Of a stretch of DNA of 64,000 bases, positions 36,920 to 49,600 are shown one piece after another. The translations under genes and the position numbers were made by a program. Under the pieces are notes generated by a model. That model saw only the letters and a program-made list of their open reading frames with translations. It did not search any database and was not told the origin of the DNA. Source of the stretch: Bilabrum cf. latius. Lineage: Eukaryota. Each line of letters opens with the position of its first letter. The first letter of the stretch is position 1. Location of the stretch: assembly GCA_965178125.1 (NCBI GenBank), contig OZ237741.1, forward strand, positions 434,001-498,000. The letters run 5' to 3'.

Positions 36920-39900
36920 TCACCCCACCACGGCGTAGTCTCTCGGGTCCATTTTGGGCCCTCCCTGCCTGCCCCTGCCCCCACCCCCACCTCGACCTCG
37001 CCTGCCTCCTCGGCCCCTCCCGCCTGGACCAGAGCCACCCGCTGCTTTTTCCCTCGCGAAAGGATCGTCGTCCTCTGGCCTGTACCCCGTCTGTCTCACC
37101 GCATCTGCCATGGCCAGGGACAGCGGGTCCTTCCTCTGTCTCCTCTTCGGGTCCCTCCTCGCGTCAGGCGTCATCTTGGTCACCAGCTCGTCGCTGTCAA
37201 GCCTGTAATCCACGCGGCAGATGCACCTGGCACATCTCCCGTCACCGAGTGGCAAGCGTTCGTTGCCGTCGAAGAGAACGGCATCCCTGGCTGGGCCCCT
37301 GCGGATCGCGAGCACGGCACGCGCAGCCACCTTCCTCCTCTTGTCCAAGTCTTCGATTACGCGGCGGACGTACCGGCCGTGGTGCCCACCGACCGTGATG
37401 CGAACATCGCGAGGGTGCACACCACCACCACCGCCCCGTCCGTCTTCTGCGTAGTCAAGGGCTGTCAGCTGCTCTGGGTGCACTCTGGCCTCACGCTCGC
37501 TCCACCAGCTGCCAGCCAGCCAGCCGGACCCCTTGACACCCCCCTTGTGCCCCCCCTCATCCTGCTTCTCCGACGACGGGCGTGCGATCAGTCGTACCCC
37601 GCAGCCAGCAAGCGCCACTGAATCTGCCTGCCAAGGACAGTGAATGTACTCTGCTGGCAGCCTTCGCAGCTCGGGGCACCACTGGCGCACGTACTCGCCT
37701 TCCGGGTCAGCAGTCTTTGCCGCCCAAACAGGGTGCATAACGAAGTTCCAAATGTCTGCGAGAAAGAAAAGTCACATGCATTGAAAATCGCGCGGTTGGC
37801 AGGGTATCAGGTCAGTGGTAGTCAACAAGACAGTCGGTTCGTACGGGAATGAATTGGGGCCTCTCACCAGTGCCACACCTGCCTCCGTTCTGCCACATGA
37901 ACGCATTGATAGGGACGCTCGAGTCGACCAAAGTATCATGGAACCACTGAAGACCCTCCCTCCAGTCAATGTGCAGGTACTCCACCAAGAAACCAGCCAC
38001 TACGTGCCTCAGGTAGTTCGGCATCCAGCCTGTCGCCCACAGCTGGCGCATGGCAGCATCCACAAGTGGGAAGCCTGTCCGGCCCCTCTGCCAGGCTCGC
38101 AGCCAGGTCTTCTTACCGGTCCACTTCTCCCCGTCCATCCAGGGCTTGACAGATGCCTGCGCAGAATTTGGAAATCGGCACAAGGTCCAGAAGGCCAGGT
38201 CGCGCCATGCAAGCCTTCGAAGGAACGTTTTGGCGCCGTCCTTGCCCCTTGCTCTCGCAGCCGCGTGGTAGACCGTGCGTGGAGACAGCTCTCCCACCTG
38301 CATGTAGGGGCTGATCTGAGCCGTCCAGCTTTTGTCGGCTCGAAACCTGTCCTTGGACTCGAAGTGCTCGGCGCCTTCCGAGAGAAATCGATCGAGGCTT
38401 GCTAACCCGGCGCCCTCGCCCATGTCCCACGACGCGCGAATACCCACGGCCCAGTCGATGAGCTTGCCGTCCGTTCGTCTACGGGGCAGTGCGGCGTACC
38501 CCACTCCTGCCAACCCGCAGTCGCACCAATGAAGGAACTCGCCAGACGATACCGCACCGTCACGCTCACAAGCGGCAGCAGCCTTGGCGGCGTCCTTGGT
38601 CGACCTGGACAGCCATGCGGGCGGGGGCAGTGAATCTGGTACTTCCAACGGCTTCGGCACGTCAAGTCCCCTACAAGCTTTCCTGAACCAGCCCACGGAG
38701 CCGTACCCGTAGATAAGTTCCTCCCCGGAAGCGTGCTCGGGATCCACGTCAACGGGGTCGAATAGCAGCACTGCCTTGAGGTCAAGGCACGGGATAGTAA
38801 GGGACGCCTCGATCGCCTGGCGCATCGCTACGTCCCTGCGCCATCTCCACGGCTCGTACACCCTGTTCCAAACCACACCGGCAGCTTGCACTGCGGCAGC
38901 AACCTCCAGCACGTGCGCGATCGTTCCATGCTTCCCGGAGCTAGTCCGCCTACTCCCGTTGCGATACATGAGCCTCGTACCGTATCGTTTCTCTAGGTCA
39001 CTCTGCAACGAGGCCAGGCTGTGATGGGTCCAATGCTTAATGGCTCCTCCCATCGGCCAGCCGCACATCTCGTCGTCGGGCTCGTGCACAAAGAGGGGTA
39101 CCACCGGGCGGCCGGACGCAGCGGCAGCGCAAAGTGCTGGATTGTCAGCAATCCGTAGGTCCTATCGAAACAGCACGAGTACTGGCCTCTGCTCACCGGC
39201 TGGCATGGGTGGCCTCGGCAACGCGCTCGCACTCGCGCCTACCCCTGCCACACTCGTGGAGTCGCGCCCTGGTGGCGCTCCATCCGGCACTCTCATCTTC
39301 GCCAAGAAGTGGTCGAGTCCTTGCTCCTCATGCCGCCTGCGCTCGTTCTCCAGGAATTCCTTCGCCTCGTGGCCAGCGCACGGCGGAGAGAGCTACTCTC
39401 GCGAGACCCGGCTCGAGAGAGCGTCCATGAGAGGCTGCCAGCGAAACTCTTCCGACGGGAATCGAGGGATCGGCACCTTTGTGTCTTCGAATAGGACGAG
39501 CGGGCGCTGGTCCGTGGCATCATCCGATCGCCATGACCCGCTCTCCTGCGCCCTGCCGCCTGATGAGCCCGATCTAAGGGTGGTATCTGCACCATCCATG
39601 CCTTGTCCCGGTGCTTTAGATGATGGGCCGGCACCCATGGTGCTTCCGCTCAGCAGAACTGCTCGGCTGCTCGAATCTACGCCGCCAAGGGTGGAGCGAA
39701 GGCTGGTGCGCGCCCATGCAATCCCCCTTGCTGCCGGGTCTTCCATCGGCTCATCGGTGAAGCGAGCGTATGCCATCTGCATGTCTAGCTGCTCCCTCCC
39801 CTCTTTGGCCATGGCAGCAAGATCAGCGGCTGTCAAAATGGAGCCCTTCGGTTGCTTTCGCCTGCCTTTGCCGCCCTTCCTCTTCCCGTTGCCTCCCTTC

Positions 39901-41153
39901 TTTGCCTTGCCAGAGCCCGCCCCCTGTGGCATACCCTCGTACCACAGATCCTCTTGCTGCACCTCTGAGGACCCGTGCCGTGCAGCTGCCCTCTCCTTGG
40001 CGGACTGAATCACAGCTCCGCGCAATGACTCTGCCTCTGTCTCCCCGACGGCTGCACTACCAGGCTGCATAGCTGTAGTCGATCCGTACGCTTCTCGCAA
40101 AGATCTGCCCGCATCATTTGCGGAATCGTTCGTCATGAGGTCGTCATCGTCTGAAATACCGCCATCGATTGACAGCGTGTCCTCGCCTTCGCTGCGGTCA
40201 GCGCCAGCGCCAGCCCCAGCACCGCTGGTCGGGGCAAGCCTCGCAGCTACAGCACCTCCTGCGCTGGTATCCGGTACTCCATGCCGGCTTCCACTTTTGC
40301 TGGCATCGCTCCTACTGCCATCGCATGGCGCGGCCCGGCTAGCATCCTCCTCAACCGGACCAACCGGACTGCTGTTGTCGACTTGCTCGTCGGCAAACCC
40401 CAGCGGCGCGCGGCACACGGCGCACTTGTCCGCGTTGCTTCCCCCGACCTCCTGCCATTTCTACAAGCAAGGAGCGCAGATGGTATGTCCGCAGGTGAGG
40501 CCGAGCAGGACGGACGCATCGTTAGAATCACACACGGGGCATCGCACGCTGGCCATGTCATCCGTGCTGCCTACGCTCGAGGCCGTGCTGCGCTGCCTTC
40601 CAATCGCGGGGCGGCCGAGCGCCCCCGTTCCGTTCACCGAATCTCGCGACGATCGGTATCGCCTGTGACAAAGCACCAGTTGCGTGCGAAGAGAGCCCAT
40701 TGGGAGCAGCCGGATGAAGCTAGCCAAGACAGCCAGTGCCTCGTCGGTGGTTCCGATCGTTTCGAGCACGAAGCGATGCCACGTAATGGGGGAGGTTTCG
40801 CCAGACTTGAGTCGAGCGGTGTGTGCCTGAATCTATCTGAAGGGCCCTGGGCCACCGGCTAATCGAATGACACTGGCCACAGTTTCCTTTGCGGTCGTCG
40901 GCCTCGCCACTCTACTCGCTTTCTTCAGCTCAGAGCCAGCATCCCGCAATGATCTTGCCCGATTTAAATCTTTAGCTAGTATTTTGGCAGAAATCGACTT
41001 TGAACCAACTACCATGGCCTCAGGTACAGCAGATGAATCGATTGAGAGGTCCACGTCAGGTTCGGAGATCGTGACTGGTGTTTGTGTCCCCTTCGGACCC
41101 TTTTGATCCCTCTTCTTCAGTCGTCTCGGGCGACGTCGTTCTCTTTTTATCAT
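36920..41153 (-). CDS. RING-finger plus photolyase/cryptochrome fusion protein, ~1373 aa
   Basis: C3HC4 RING CPVC..CGHTICAPCL*KW..CAVCR. Photolyase motifs VLFR*DLRIADNPAL, ISPYMQVGELSPR, FLRRLAWRD, GRTGFPLVDAAMRQLWATGWMPNYLR, FHDTLVD, WQNGG; intron 37756-37867; DPEGEYVRQWCPEL, IHCPW. TGA 36920. Confidence 0.87.
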
Positions 41154-41310
41154 TTTAGCTGATTATGATTCTACCTATGGCCCGACCGAAATTGGCGGCC
41201 ACGTTCCCGCCGCCGACGTGTGTGAAGTCCAACTTCCGGTTAAGCGTTACTGGCTCAACAACGGCAGATTTCAGGTGATTCGGCTTCTTGAAGCTATATT
41301 TTGTTGAATC

Positions 41311-43521
41311 ATGTCGGCTACAGGTCGCATAGGCCCGGCCGCGGCGTGGTAGGCCATGCCCAAATACGACCAAGGTGGCTTGGAAGTGCATCGATTGATG
41401 GTGCAGGTTCCTCTGGTTTACAAGGACATCGAACACCCTAAAATTGTCAAAGACAAATTGGACAAGCTGAAAAGAAGATAGCTTACCTTGGCTACTTTTC
41501 GCATCAGGCTGAAAGGCAGGGAGTCTGTGGCAGGCAAGACGCACCCCCTCGAGCCCGGCTCAAGCCACTTCCACCCCCTCAAGCCCGGCTCAAGCCACCT
41601 GCACCTTCTCAAGCCCGGCTCAAGCCACTTCCACCCCCCTCGACAGACAATCATTTATCTCCAAGGAGGTCCAGGCTTTCAGTCATTCTTCCCAAAACAG
41701 ACTGGGACTTGGCGGGAGCATGCAGTTAGATTTGGATTCGATGTGTATTTGATGGACTAGCGAGGAACCGGGGAGAGCTCCAAGCTCGATGCCAGCAGTC
41801 TGGCCAGGGAAGGTGGTGCTCTAGACAAAGCGGCCATCCTTGCTTGCCACCGAGCAGATTCCATCATCAGGGATGCAGAAGAGCTGCGGAAGGTTGCTAT
41901 TGGTGACCACAAGTGGACGATCGCTCTTGGCCAGAGCTTTGGCGGATTCTGCGCTCTCTCATACCTGTCATTCAGGCCATCTGGCATCAATGCAGCCATC
42001 TTGACCGGTGGCCTGACGGATCCGACTGTGGAGGCATCCGATATCTACAAGAGGACAGCCCCCTGGATGGTGTCCAGATCTAGAACGTACTACACGCTGT
42101 ATCCAGAGGACAAGAAGAAGGTCGCGCACTTGCTCCGCATCCTGCAGCCCAGCAACGGGGGCCCCGTAGAATACGCGCCGACCCCGCCGGAGGCGTTCTA
42201 GACCGTCGCTGGAGCCGAGTCCCAGGGCATTCTCGCTAAAGCTGCACCCGCTGCCTCGAATGCATCTCCATCGTCCTCGTCATCCTCGGCTGCTGCAGTC
42301 CCCTCGGCCAGCTCCTCTGCAGCCGGCCAGGCATCTTCTGCCCCTGCAATCGGGGCAAAACGACCGAGAACAGCGGCGGGCGCATCCAGTGGAATGCTGC
42401 TGCCGCCCATCTCGCACAGCGGCCCGCTCGTCCCCCCATCGAAGTGTTCCGCCCTGAGAGCCACGGAGGGCGGGCGCGTCTCGCAGCTCCGGATCCTCTC
42501 GCTGGGGCTCAGGATGGGAACTGGGGGAGGGTACAAGAAGCTGCACGGCGTGATCGACACGCTCTGGAAGGCAGACCTGATCGCTGCCAGGGAACAAGAG
42601 CTGCTGGGACGGGTCCGGGCCAGCAGAAGCGACCAGGCCTCCGGGGGCGCACCGTCTTCTGCAGGCGTCGCCTCTAGGCCTAGCTCCAAAACAGCGAGCG
42701 GTGCGGAAGCAGACTCGCCGGGGGTACAGGCTAGATCTAGCCAGGGAGGGGGAGCAAGCCACTCGCCCAGCAAGAAGGCCAGGACAGAGGCAGGGAAAGG
42801 AAACGGCTCAATCGGAGATGGCCCGGGAGACGATGCCGCATCGTACGCCGGACCCACCCGCGAGGGTCTGGCGCACTGCATTGCGGTGCGACTAGCCATG
42901 GAGGACCCCAATTTCGACACGAACCCGTTGTATGCTGTGCTGCACGAGTCCATCTACGGCCAGGGCAGCGCGACGAGGTGGGCAGCGAAAGAGGCCATCC
43001 AAGCCGTACCCGAGCTAAGAATCCCAAGGGAGTTCGGAGAGGTAGGACCCAAGGCGGCGGGCTTGCAGGCGAGCGGCGGTGCAGCGAGCAAGGCGGCGAC
43101 TGCCGCTGCTGCTGGCAAGGAGGAAAAGGCCTTCCTGCCAGTGGGCGGTCCGGCCTTCATTGGCGAGTGTGCTTTGCCTGATCACTTCCAAGGCGATTTT
43201 CCTGGACTGCGAGGGCTGCAGCTGGCTGCCGACGTGCTTGCAGAAGTGGAGGACTGGCCTCCTCTGTACGACGAAGCGGTCCTCCAGTCAAGCAAGGTCC
43301 CGTGCGTGGCGGTCGTCTACCGGAACGATTTCTTTGTCCCAAGAGATTTGTCCATTCGAACTGCCGCCAGGTATCCATCCGTGAGGGTTTGGGAGTGCGA
43401 ACAGGAGCACACTTGGCTGCGGGAAGAGCCAACTATGATTCGCGAGGCGGTGAGGATGCTTGCAGAGGCCCCTCAGAGCGGAATCACCGTGCCTGCGCTG
43501 CATATGGAAAAGATTGCATGA
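41311..43521 (+). CDS. Proline iminopeptidase (alpha/beta hydrolase, S33-like), ~736 aa with low-complexity insertions
   Basis: YLQGGPGF, LMD*RGTG (DQRG motif), nucleophile GQSFGG, LTGGL, NPLYAVLHESIY, WPPLYD, YRNDFFVP, EHTWLR. TGA 43519. Confidence 0.87.
41542..41638 (+). repeat. 30-bp in-frame tandem repeat, about 3.2 copies (HPLKPGSSHF)
   Basis: caccccctc(g/a)agcccggctcaagccac repeated three times, with minor variants, in the iminopeptidase N-terminus. Confidence 0.9.
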
Positions 43522-43689
43522 GCGTGCGTTTTGTATGGTGCCACACTACATTTGTGCCGCACAGCGTGCGCAGTGATTCGCCGCGGAACATTTGCGAAGT
43601 TGTTGCGACCGCGGCGCCCTGTCGCCTGCGGTGCCTCGATACAAATTGTCCCCTCTGGCTGTACACAGCTTGCTTTCGTGGCTCGAATT

Positions 43690-46600
43690 ATGGCCTCATC
43701 GATAGATGTAGATGAATAGGCCCTCTATGAAGGCTTTGAATCCGCGTTTGACGATGAGCAAAGGACAACTTTCCTGCGCCGTTGGGCAGCATTGGGAATT
43801 CCGTTCAGCCTGTTTTTGCTCTTGTCGACGGTCGCCATGTTTTGGTCTTCGTGCCGAATCGATCGAATGAGTGGTGTAGCCCAACGATTGTCAATGTGGT
43901 GCGGTGGCAGCATCATCGTGGGCTTCTGGCTGCTGTAGCTGCTGCGGTTGACTATCGTTGTAGCGATTGGCCTCGGGATCGCCTGGTGAGATCTGTGCTC
44001 GTACGGAGTCGTTGCTTTGGCTGAACCATTTTGATTATATATATGTACGCACACCATAACCACACACATTGAAAGCTTGACCTTGCTCTGCAAGAGGATT
44101 GACCCGATACTCGCGCCTATCTCTCCTGTACGTTTTGCAGGTCAGCAGTGGTCATAGCTCAGATCGAACCCGTGATTATTGGAATTGCATTACTACTATT
44201 AACACCGTGTGCCTTCTTTCTCGTCTACGCCTTCGGGTACTTTTGCGGGAACCAGTGGCGGCTCACGAGCGCTGAGCAGCCGGACGGGCCAGGAACGGCG
44301 CTTTCTGCCTTTCGGTAGCCGCCCATGCTGGCACTAGTAGCATCTGCAATCTTATTCATTGCAACTTTGCTGGCTTTTGTGTTCACTGGAGAACCACAAG
44401 CCCGGGAGCAGACGAACTCCAACGCAACGGCCAACTCGACCTCGGCCGCAACAACCTTCGAGTACAAATTCTCGTACCTGTCGACCGCCTGGGTGTTCCT
44501 AGGTGCAAACGTAGCGCTTGTGTGCGTGTGTGTGCACCTTCTAACCACTCGGATCAAACACTTCCCGATCGATCGCCTGCTCGGCGGAGTCTCCAAGCGA
44601 TTCAACCCCGCCGGCTCGGGGAGCCCCGAGGCCGGCGAAGCGGACCCCTAGTAGGAATGGTTTGATCACAACACGCCTGCAGTCCGCGCCGTCGCCGCGC
44701 ACAGGCTGGGATGGATCATGTATGGGGCCTCTGTCGCTGTCCTGGCAGCCTTCGCCCTCCTAGTGATCGTCCTAGCCGAAAACACGGCAACGGAAGGGGC
44801 TGGCATGGGCCTGGCAACACTCGTGGCGCTGCTCGTCCTAGACGCTGCGATCTTCATGGCGTGGGCCGGCGGCCTCTTCGAAACGCCCGGCACCGTGTGC
44901 TTCGTGGTCGCGGCTACCCGCTTCCTGCTCCTCAGCGCGGGCAACTACTGGCTGCTGGGCAACTGCGTGGCTTACACAGTGCTCGGATTGTATCTCGCCT
45001 ACATCACCGCGCAGCGCCATTTCCTCAACATCCAGGCGCAATCGGGCTTCAGCGCCGGCGGCGGGACCGGCGAGGAACAGACGGAAGGGGGCAGCGCAGC
45101 AGCAACAGCAACAGCCCCTGGGCAAGACGCCAAGGCGGCCCCCATGCAGCGGGCAGCCTCCATGGGAGAAGACGAGGAGATGGACGCTGGTCTCGCGGAG
45201 ACCAATGCCATCGTAGACATGCTGACGAGGCCGGCCGTGCTGCTGGCCATCGTGACCGCAGTGTTCACCGGCGTGGTGGCTGTCATGGCAGTGCTGGGCG
45301 GCAGCCTGGACGCCCTGCCCACGCCTCGAGTGCCTCTGCTGGGCGATTCTACGGAGCCGCAGTGGGTGTTCGGGCTCGGGTCTCTGGCCATCGTGGGGAG
45401 CTGCCTGGGTCTGTTCTTCCTGCTTGGGTACATGAAGCAGAGCAACGGCAGGATGGCGTCTGTGGAGGCCATGGCCACCGGGGCGCTGTTTGCCCTCGGC
45501 TGCGCGCTCCTGGGCGTGATGATGTTCCTGGCCACGGACTCGTACGCCGTTCTATCATCGCTGTGCTTCCTCCCGGGCGCCCTCGTCCTCTTTTTGGGCA
45601 TCATCGGCGAGCTCGTCCACTCGGAGTTCCGCATGTTTACAACGGGTGGGTTCGGCTGGATGCCATGCTGCTGCCCAAGAGGCAGCTACTGCGGCTATGC
45701 GCTGGCACCGGGGGAAGAGAATGCATCTGCACAGACCACGAGCGCGCCACCCACCCCTAGTACCCCGGACGGACCCGCTTCCGGCGCTGGGACGGGAGGG
45801 GCTGCCGCGGCTGCCGCCGACGCAGGCGACAGCCCGGCACCGGCTCCAGCATCAGGCGACAAGAGCAGCAGCGACGGCGACAAGACGACGAAAGAGTCTG
45901 GCGAGAATGACGGCAAGAATGACGAAGACTAGACGTCGATGCTGGACACCATCAAGACGACCATGGGCGAGTCCTTCGACCCGCACAAGGCTCAGTGCCT
46001 CCACGGCAACCAGCTTCGCAACACGGTCATGTTCGCCAGCTTGGCAGTCTTCGTTGGAATGCTCGTTGCGTTCGCGGCTGTCATGGCGCAGGGCGTGAAA
46101 CCGATCCGGTGGCCCTGGTATGCCGCTGGCATGATCTTGAGCGCCGCTTGCATCTACGTCGGCGTCCGCGAGTACTTTGCCACACTGCACCTGTCGATCC
46201 AGGAGGCTGTCTTCGTGGGCCTGGGCCTTGTCCTTCATCTCGCGGTGCACATTCCCATGGTGCAAGCAGAGGGCGCCGAGAACGTGCCCAGCGGAGAAAC
46301 CAACTACCGTTTCCTGGGAGTGCTATTCGCTCTGTTCCTGTACCCGGCGGTGTGGACGGCTGGGCTGGCCCTGTACCAGTGGAAAGACGAGAACTGGGAC
46401 CTGCCGCCGCTGATGCATGCCCTTTGCGGGCCTCCCAAGGACCCAGACGCTGAAGATGAGGACGATGAAGATGATCAGGACGGCGACACCGGTGGTCTGT
46501 CAAGCGGCGGCGTGGTCGTGCTTTCTGAGGACAAGCGCCGGCTGGCAGCCGCCCGATTCGTGTATTTCGGGCTGATCCTCAGTCAGATCATCCTTCTAGG

Positions 46601-49600
46601 GTTCAGCGTCGCGGGGATCTTCGTGTTTGACTCTGTGGTCGTCACCGCCGCCATCACTGCTGGATACGTGTTTGCGGCCTCGACGGTGGCGCTGCTCATC
46701 TACATCATCACGCACCGGGGCTACCTCCCTGCCCTCCTGCGGTACGGCATACTGCTTGCCGTGATTGTGATTGTGTTGCTGGCAATCATCATCGGGGTTG
46801 CGAGATACATTGCCACCAGCTCCATTCAAGAGTTCGCCGCCTGGATCAGCGTTGCGTGGTGGTTCATCGTTATGCTTCTCGTCGTGTCGGGCACACTCGA
46901 CGCGCTGAACGGCGGGCTGCTATCGCCCGTGGACTTGTTCGAGGCGGCAGAGGCCGGTACCCTCGGCACTAGCAGCGTGCCCGACCCGGCGCACTTGTAC
47001 GTCTCCGACAGGGAGCTTCTGCCCATGCACGTGCCATCAAGGGACGGGACTCGCATGGAGGCGCACAACTGGTCTACCCTGTGGGTGCTCTTTGGCTGCC
47101 TCATGGCAGCGGCCTGGGGACTCGGGGTGTCGTTCGTGCTGTCGCCTGGGTATCCCGGCCTGGCCGTGGCTGTCGTGGCACTGATGCTGGCACTTGTCTT
47201 TGGGCTGGAGGTCTCGCGGGTCACGTCGGACCGCATCGACAAGGCATGTGCTATCATCGACCAGTAGGCCGGACCCGCCATGAGGAGATACAGCAAGGGC
47301 CAGTCAGACGGGGGCGTCCAAACAGGCGACGTGGAGGAGGGTGGCTCGAGCCAGAGCGCCGAGAAGTCTCGCAAGCAATTGCCAGGCTCCATGGCCCTGA
47401 GAGAGGTCGTGCTCCGCGCGGCGAAGAAGAGCCTCGGGGGCTCGACATCCATGCTGGCCGGGAGGCCGTCGGCGGCTTCTGACGGGACGAGCCCTGATGA
47501 CATCAGCATCAACATCAGCGATATCACGGCCGGTCACCAGAAGCTCATCGGAAGCGCTGCGGAGCCCATCGATGGCAAGGAAGTGCATCCCTCTATCGTT
47601 GCCGGGGAGAAATTTGCGGCGATCAACGGTGTCCTCGCACGGGCCTACGCCTAGATCGGCGTTGCAAAGCTTGCGGTCGGCTGCATGCTCGGTGGCGAGG
47701 AGACGGACAACGCCAGCAGCAGCGATGGCGATGACTCTTCCGGCGCGGCCGCTCCTGCCGCCGGCGATGCTGGGGATGACGCTGAATCCGGCGGGGCAGC
47801 TGCAGCGGCGGCAACACCCGCGCCCGCGCCTACGCCTGCTCCCGCCGCGGCACAGGAACCCGATCTGTCTGACAAGCTGATCAGCGAGGCAAAGGTGGCA
47901 ATCAAGGCCATCTGCGACAATTACACGGGAAACGACCTGAAAAATCCCTCGGCCGAAAACTCGGCCGACCCGACATCTGGCGGTGCAGCCGCGGCCGCCC
48001 AGACGGAACCTGGCAGCGAAGCAGCCGGGCCTAGCGGGACCTTCGAGGAAACGAACCCGATGTCGATGAACCGCACCGTTGCGCCCACGTCCCTTGGTGC
48101 TACTCTCGCCGACATCGACATCCAGGGCATGCTGGAGGGCGGTGACTGGCTGAGTGCTCAGACAATCAAGCTATCGCAGCTGGTGGAGAGCTCCTCTTTC
48201 GACGGCGAGCACCCGGACATCGTGATAGGCGCCCTGGAAACAGCGGCCGACTGTGCCCTGGAGCTCTGCAGGAGAGCCGCTGCGGGCGAGGACGCCATGC
48301 GCGCCAGCGTGGCATCCAAGATCATCAGCACGGGCGTGTCGGCCGCCTCGATGATGCGGAGGAACTGGCTCGGCATGCTGGACTGGCTGCTGCTCGGGGG
48401 CGAGCCGGAGGCCGTGGGATGCGGCATGCAGGAGCTAGTCGCGATGGTCAGGCTGGCCGGCGGATCTCGCCCCAAGAACGCGTTCGAGGCTTCGACGCAG
48501 GACGCCGTGATCGCGGCCTTAAAATCGCCTACCAGCCTGAGGCGATACTACCGCGCGTTTCTGGGATCACGCCACGCAGCCGAGAAGATGGTCGTCGTGA
48601 GGCACCTGCAAAGGGCTTACGTCGGTAGCAAGGCCGACGGTGAGGCCGTGCGCCGAGCCAGGCAGACGCAGGACGACGAGGCTCGCAAGCGGAGGATGGA
48701 GCACCTGAAGAGGCAGCGGGAGCTCATGGAGCAGCGGCGCAAGGCCCGCGAGGCCAACGGGAAGGGGAAGGGGCGGACAACCGGCGGAGGCTCTGGAGGC
48801 GGAGGAGCTGGGAGCGACGACGAGGTGCGGCGTGCTCGGGATGCCGCTATCAAGAAGAAAAAGGAGGAGGATGAGGCGCGGCGCAAACAGCAGGAGGCAG
48901 AGGAGGCGGCTCGCCAGGCCAAGGACGACAAGGAGCGCCGCAAGCTGCGAGATGCTGCCGAGAAACGCAGGAGGGAGGCCGAGGCAGCCAGCCGGCGGAC
49001 CCAGCAGGCTGACGAGGCACGCAAACGCGCCGAGCAAGCCAGGCGCAGGCGCGAGAACGCGGACGCCGAGCGGATTCAGCGCGAGAAGTCGCGTCAGGCC
49101 TTCGAGACAAAGGTCCGGAAGATGATGCAGGACAGGTCCAAGGAGCTCCAGGCCAAGCTGGAGCTTGGAGAGGCGGACGGTGGGAAGGACGCGGCAAGGA
49201 AGAAAGCCATGCAGCTGATCAACCAGATGGCAAGCGAGGTGTCTGACGGCATGTGGGTGGACGGGAGCTTCGATTCCGAGTCCGGCCTTGGCATGCGCGG
49301 TTCGAGGCTGCAGCTGAAGCGCAAGGCCGTGGCGGAGCAGTGGCACGACGTGGCCTCTGAGATTCCCAATGCGGTACTTTTCAAGGGCAAGCCGGGGAGG
49401 GACACTGTCCGTGTTGGATGGCTGAGCGACAGCTGGCTTGCGGCAGCCATGTCTGTTCTGGCAGATCGCCCCAAGACGGTCTTTGAGCTCTTCCCGCAGC
49501 ACCCGATGAGCGGGAAGGGTGCCAAGGGCAAGGCGAGCGATGCCGTGCAGCTGCACGCCAAGGGCATTTCCGCTGTGCTGCTCTGTCTGAACGGCGAGTG

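Noticed and set aside
41542-41638. CRISPR-like array (also considered for 56607-56729)
   Set aside because: Head-to-tail coding minisatellites with no unique spacers and no cas genes.
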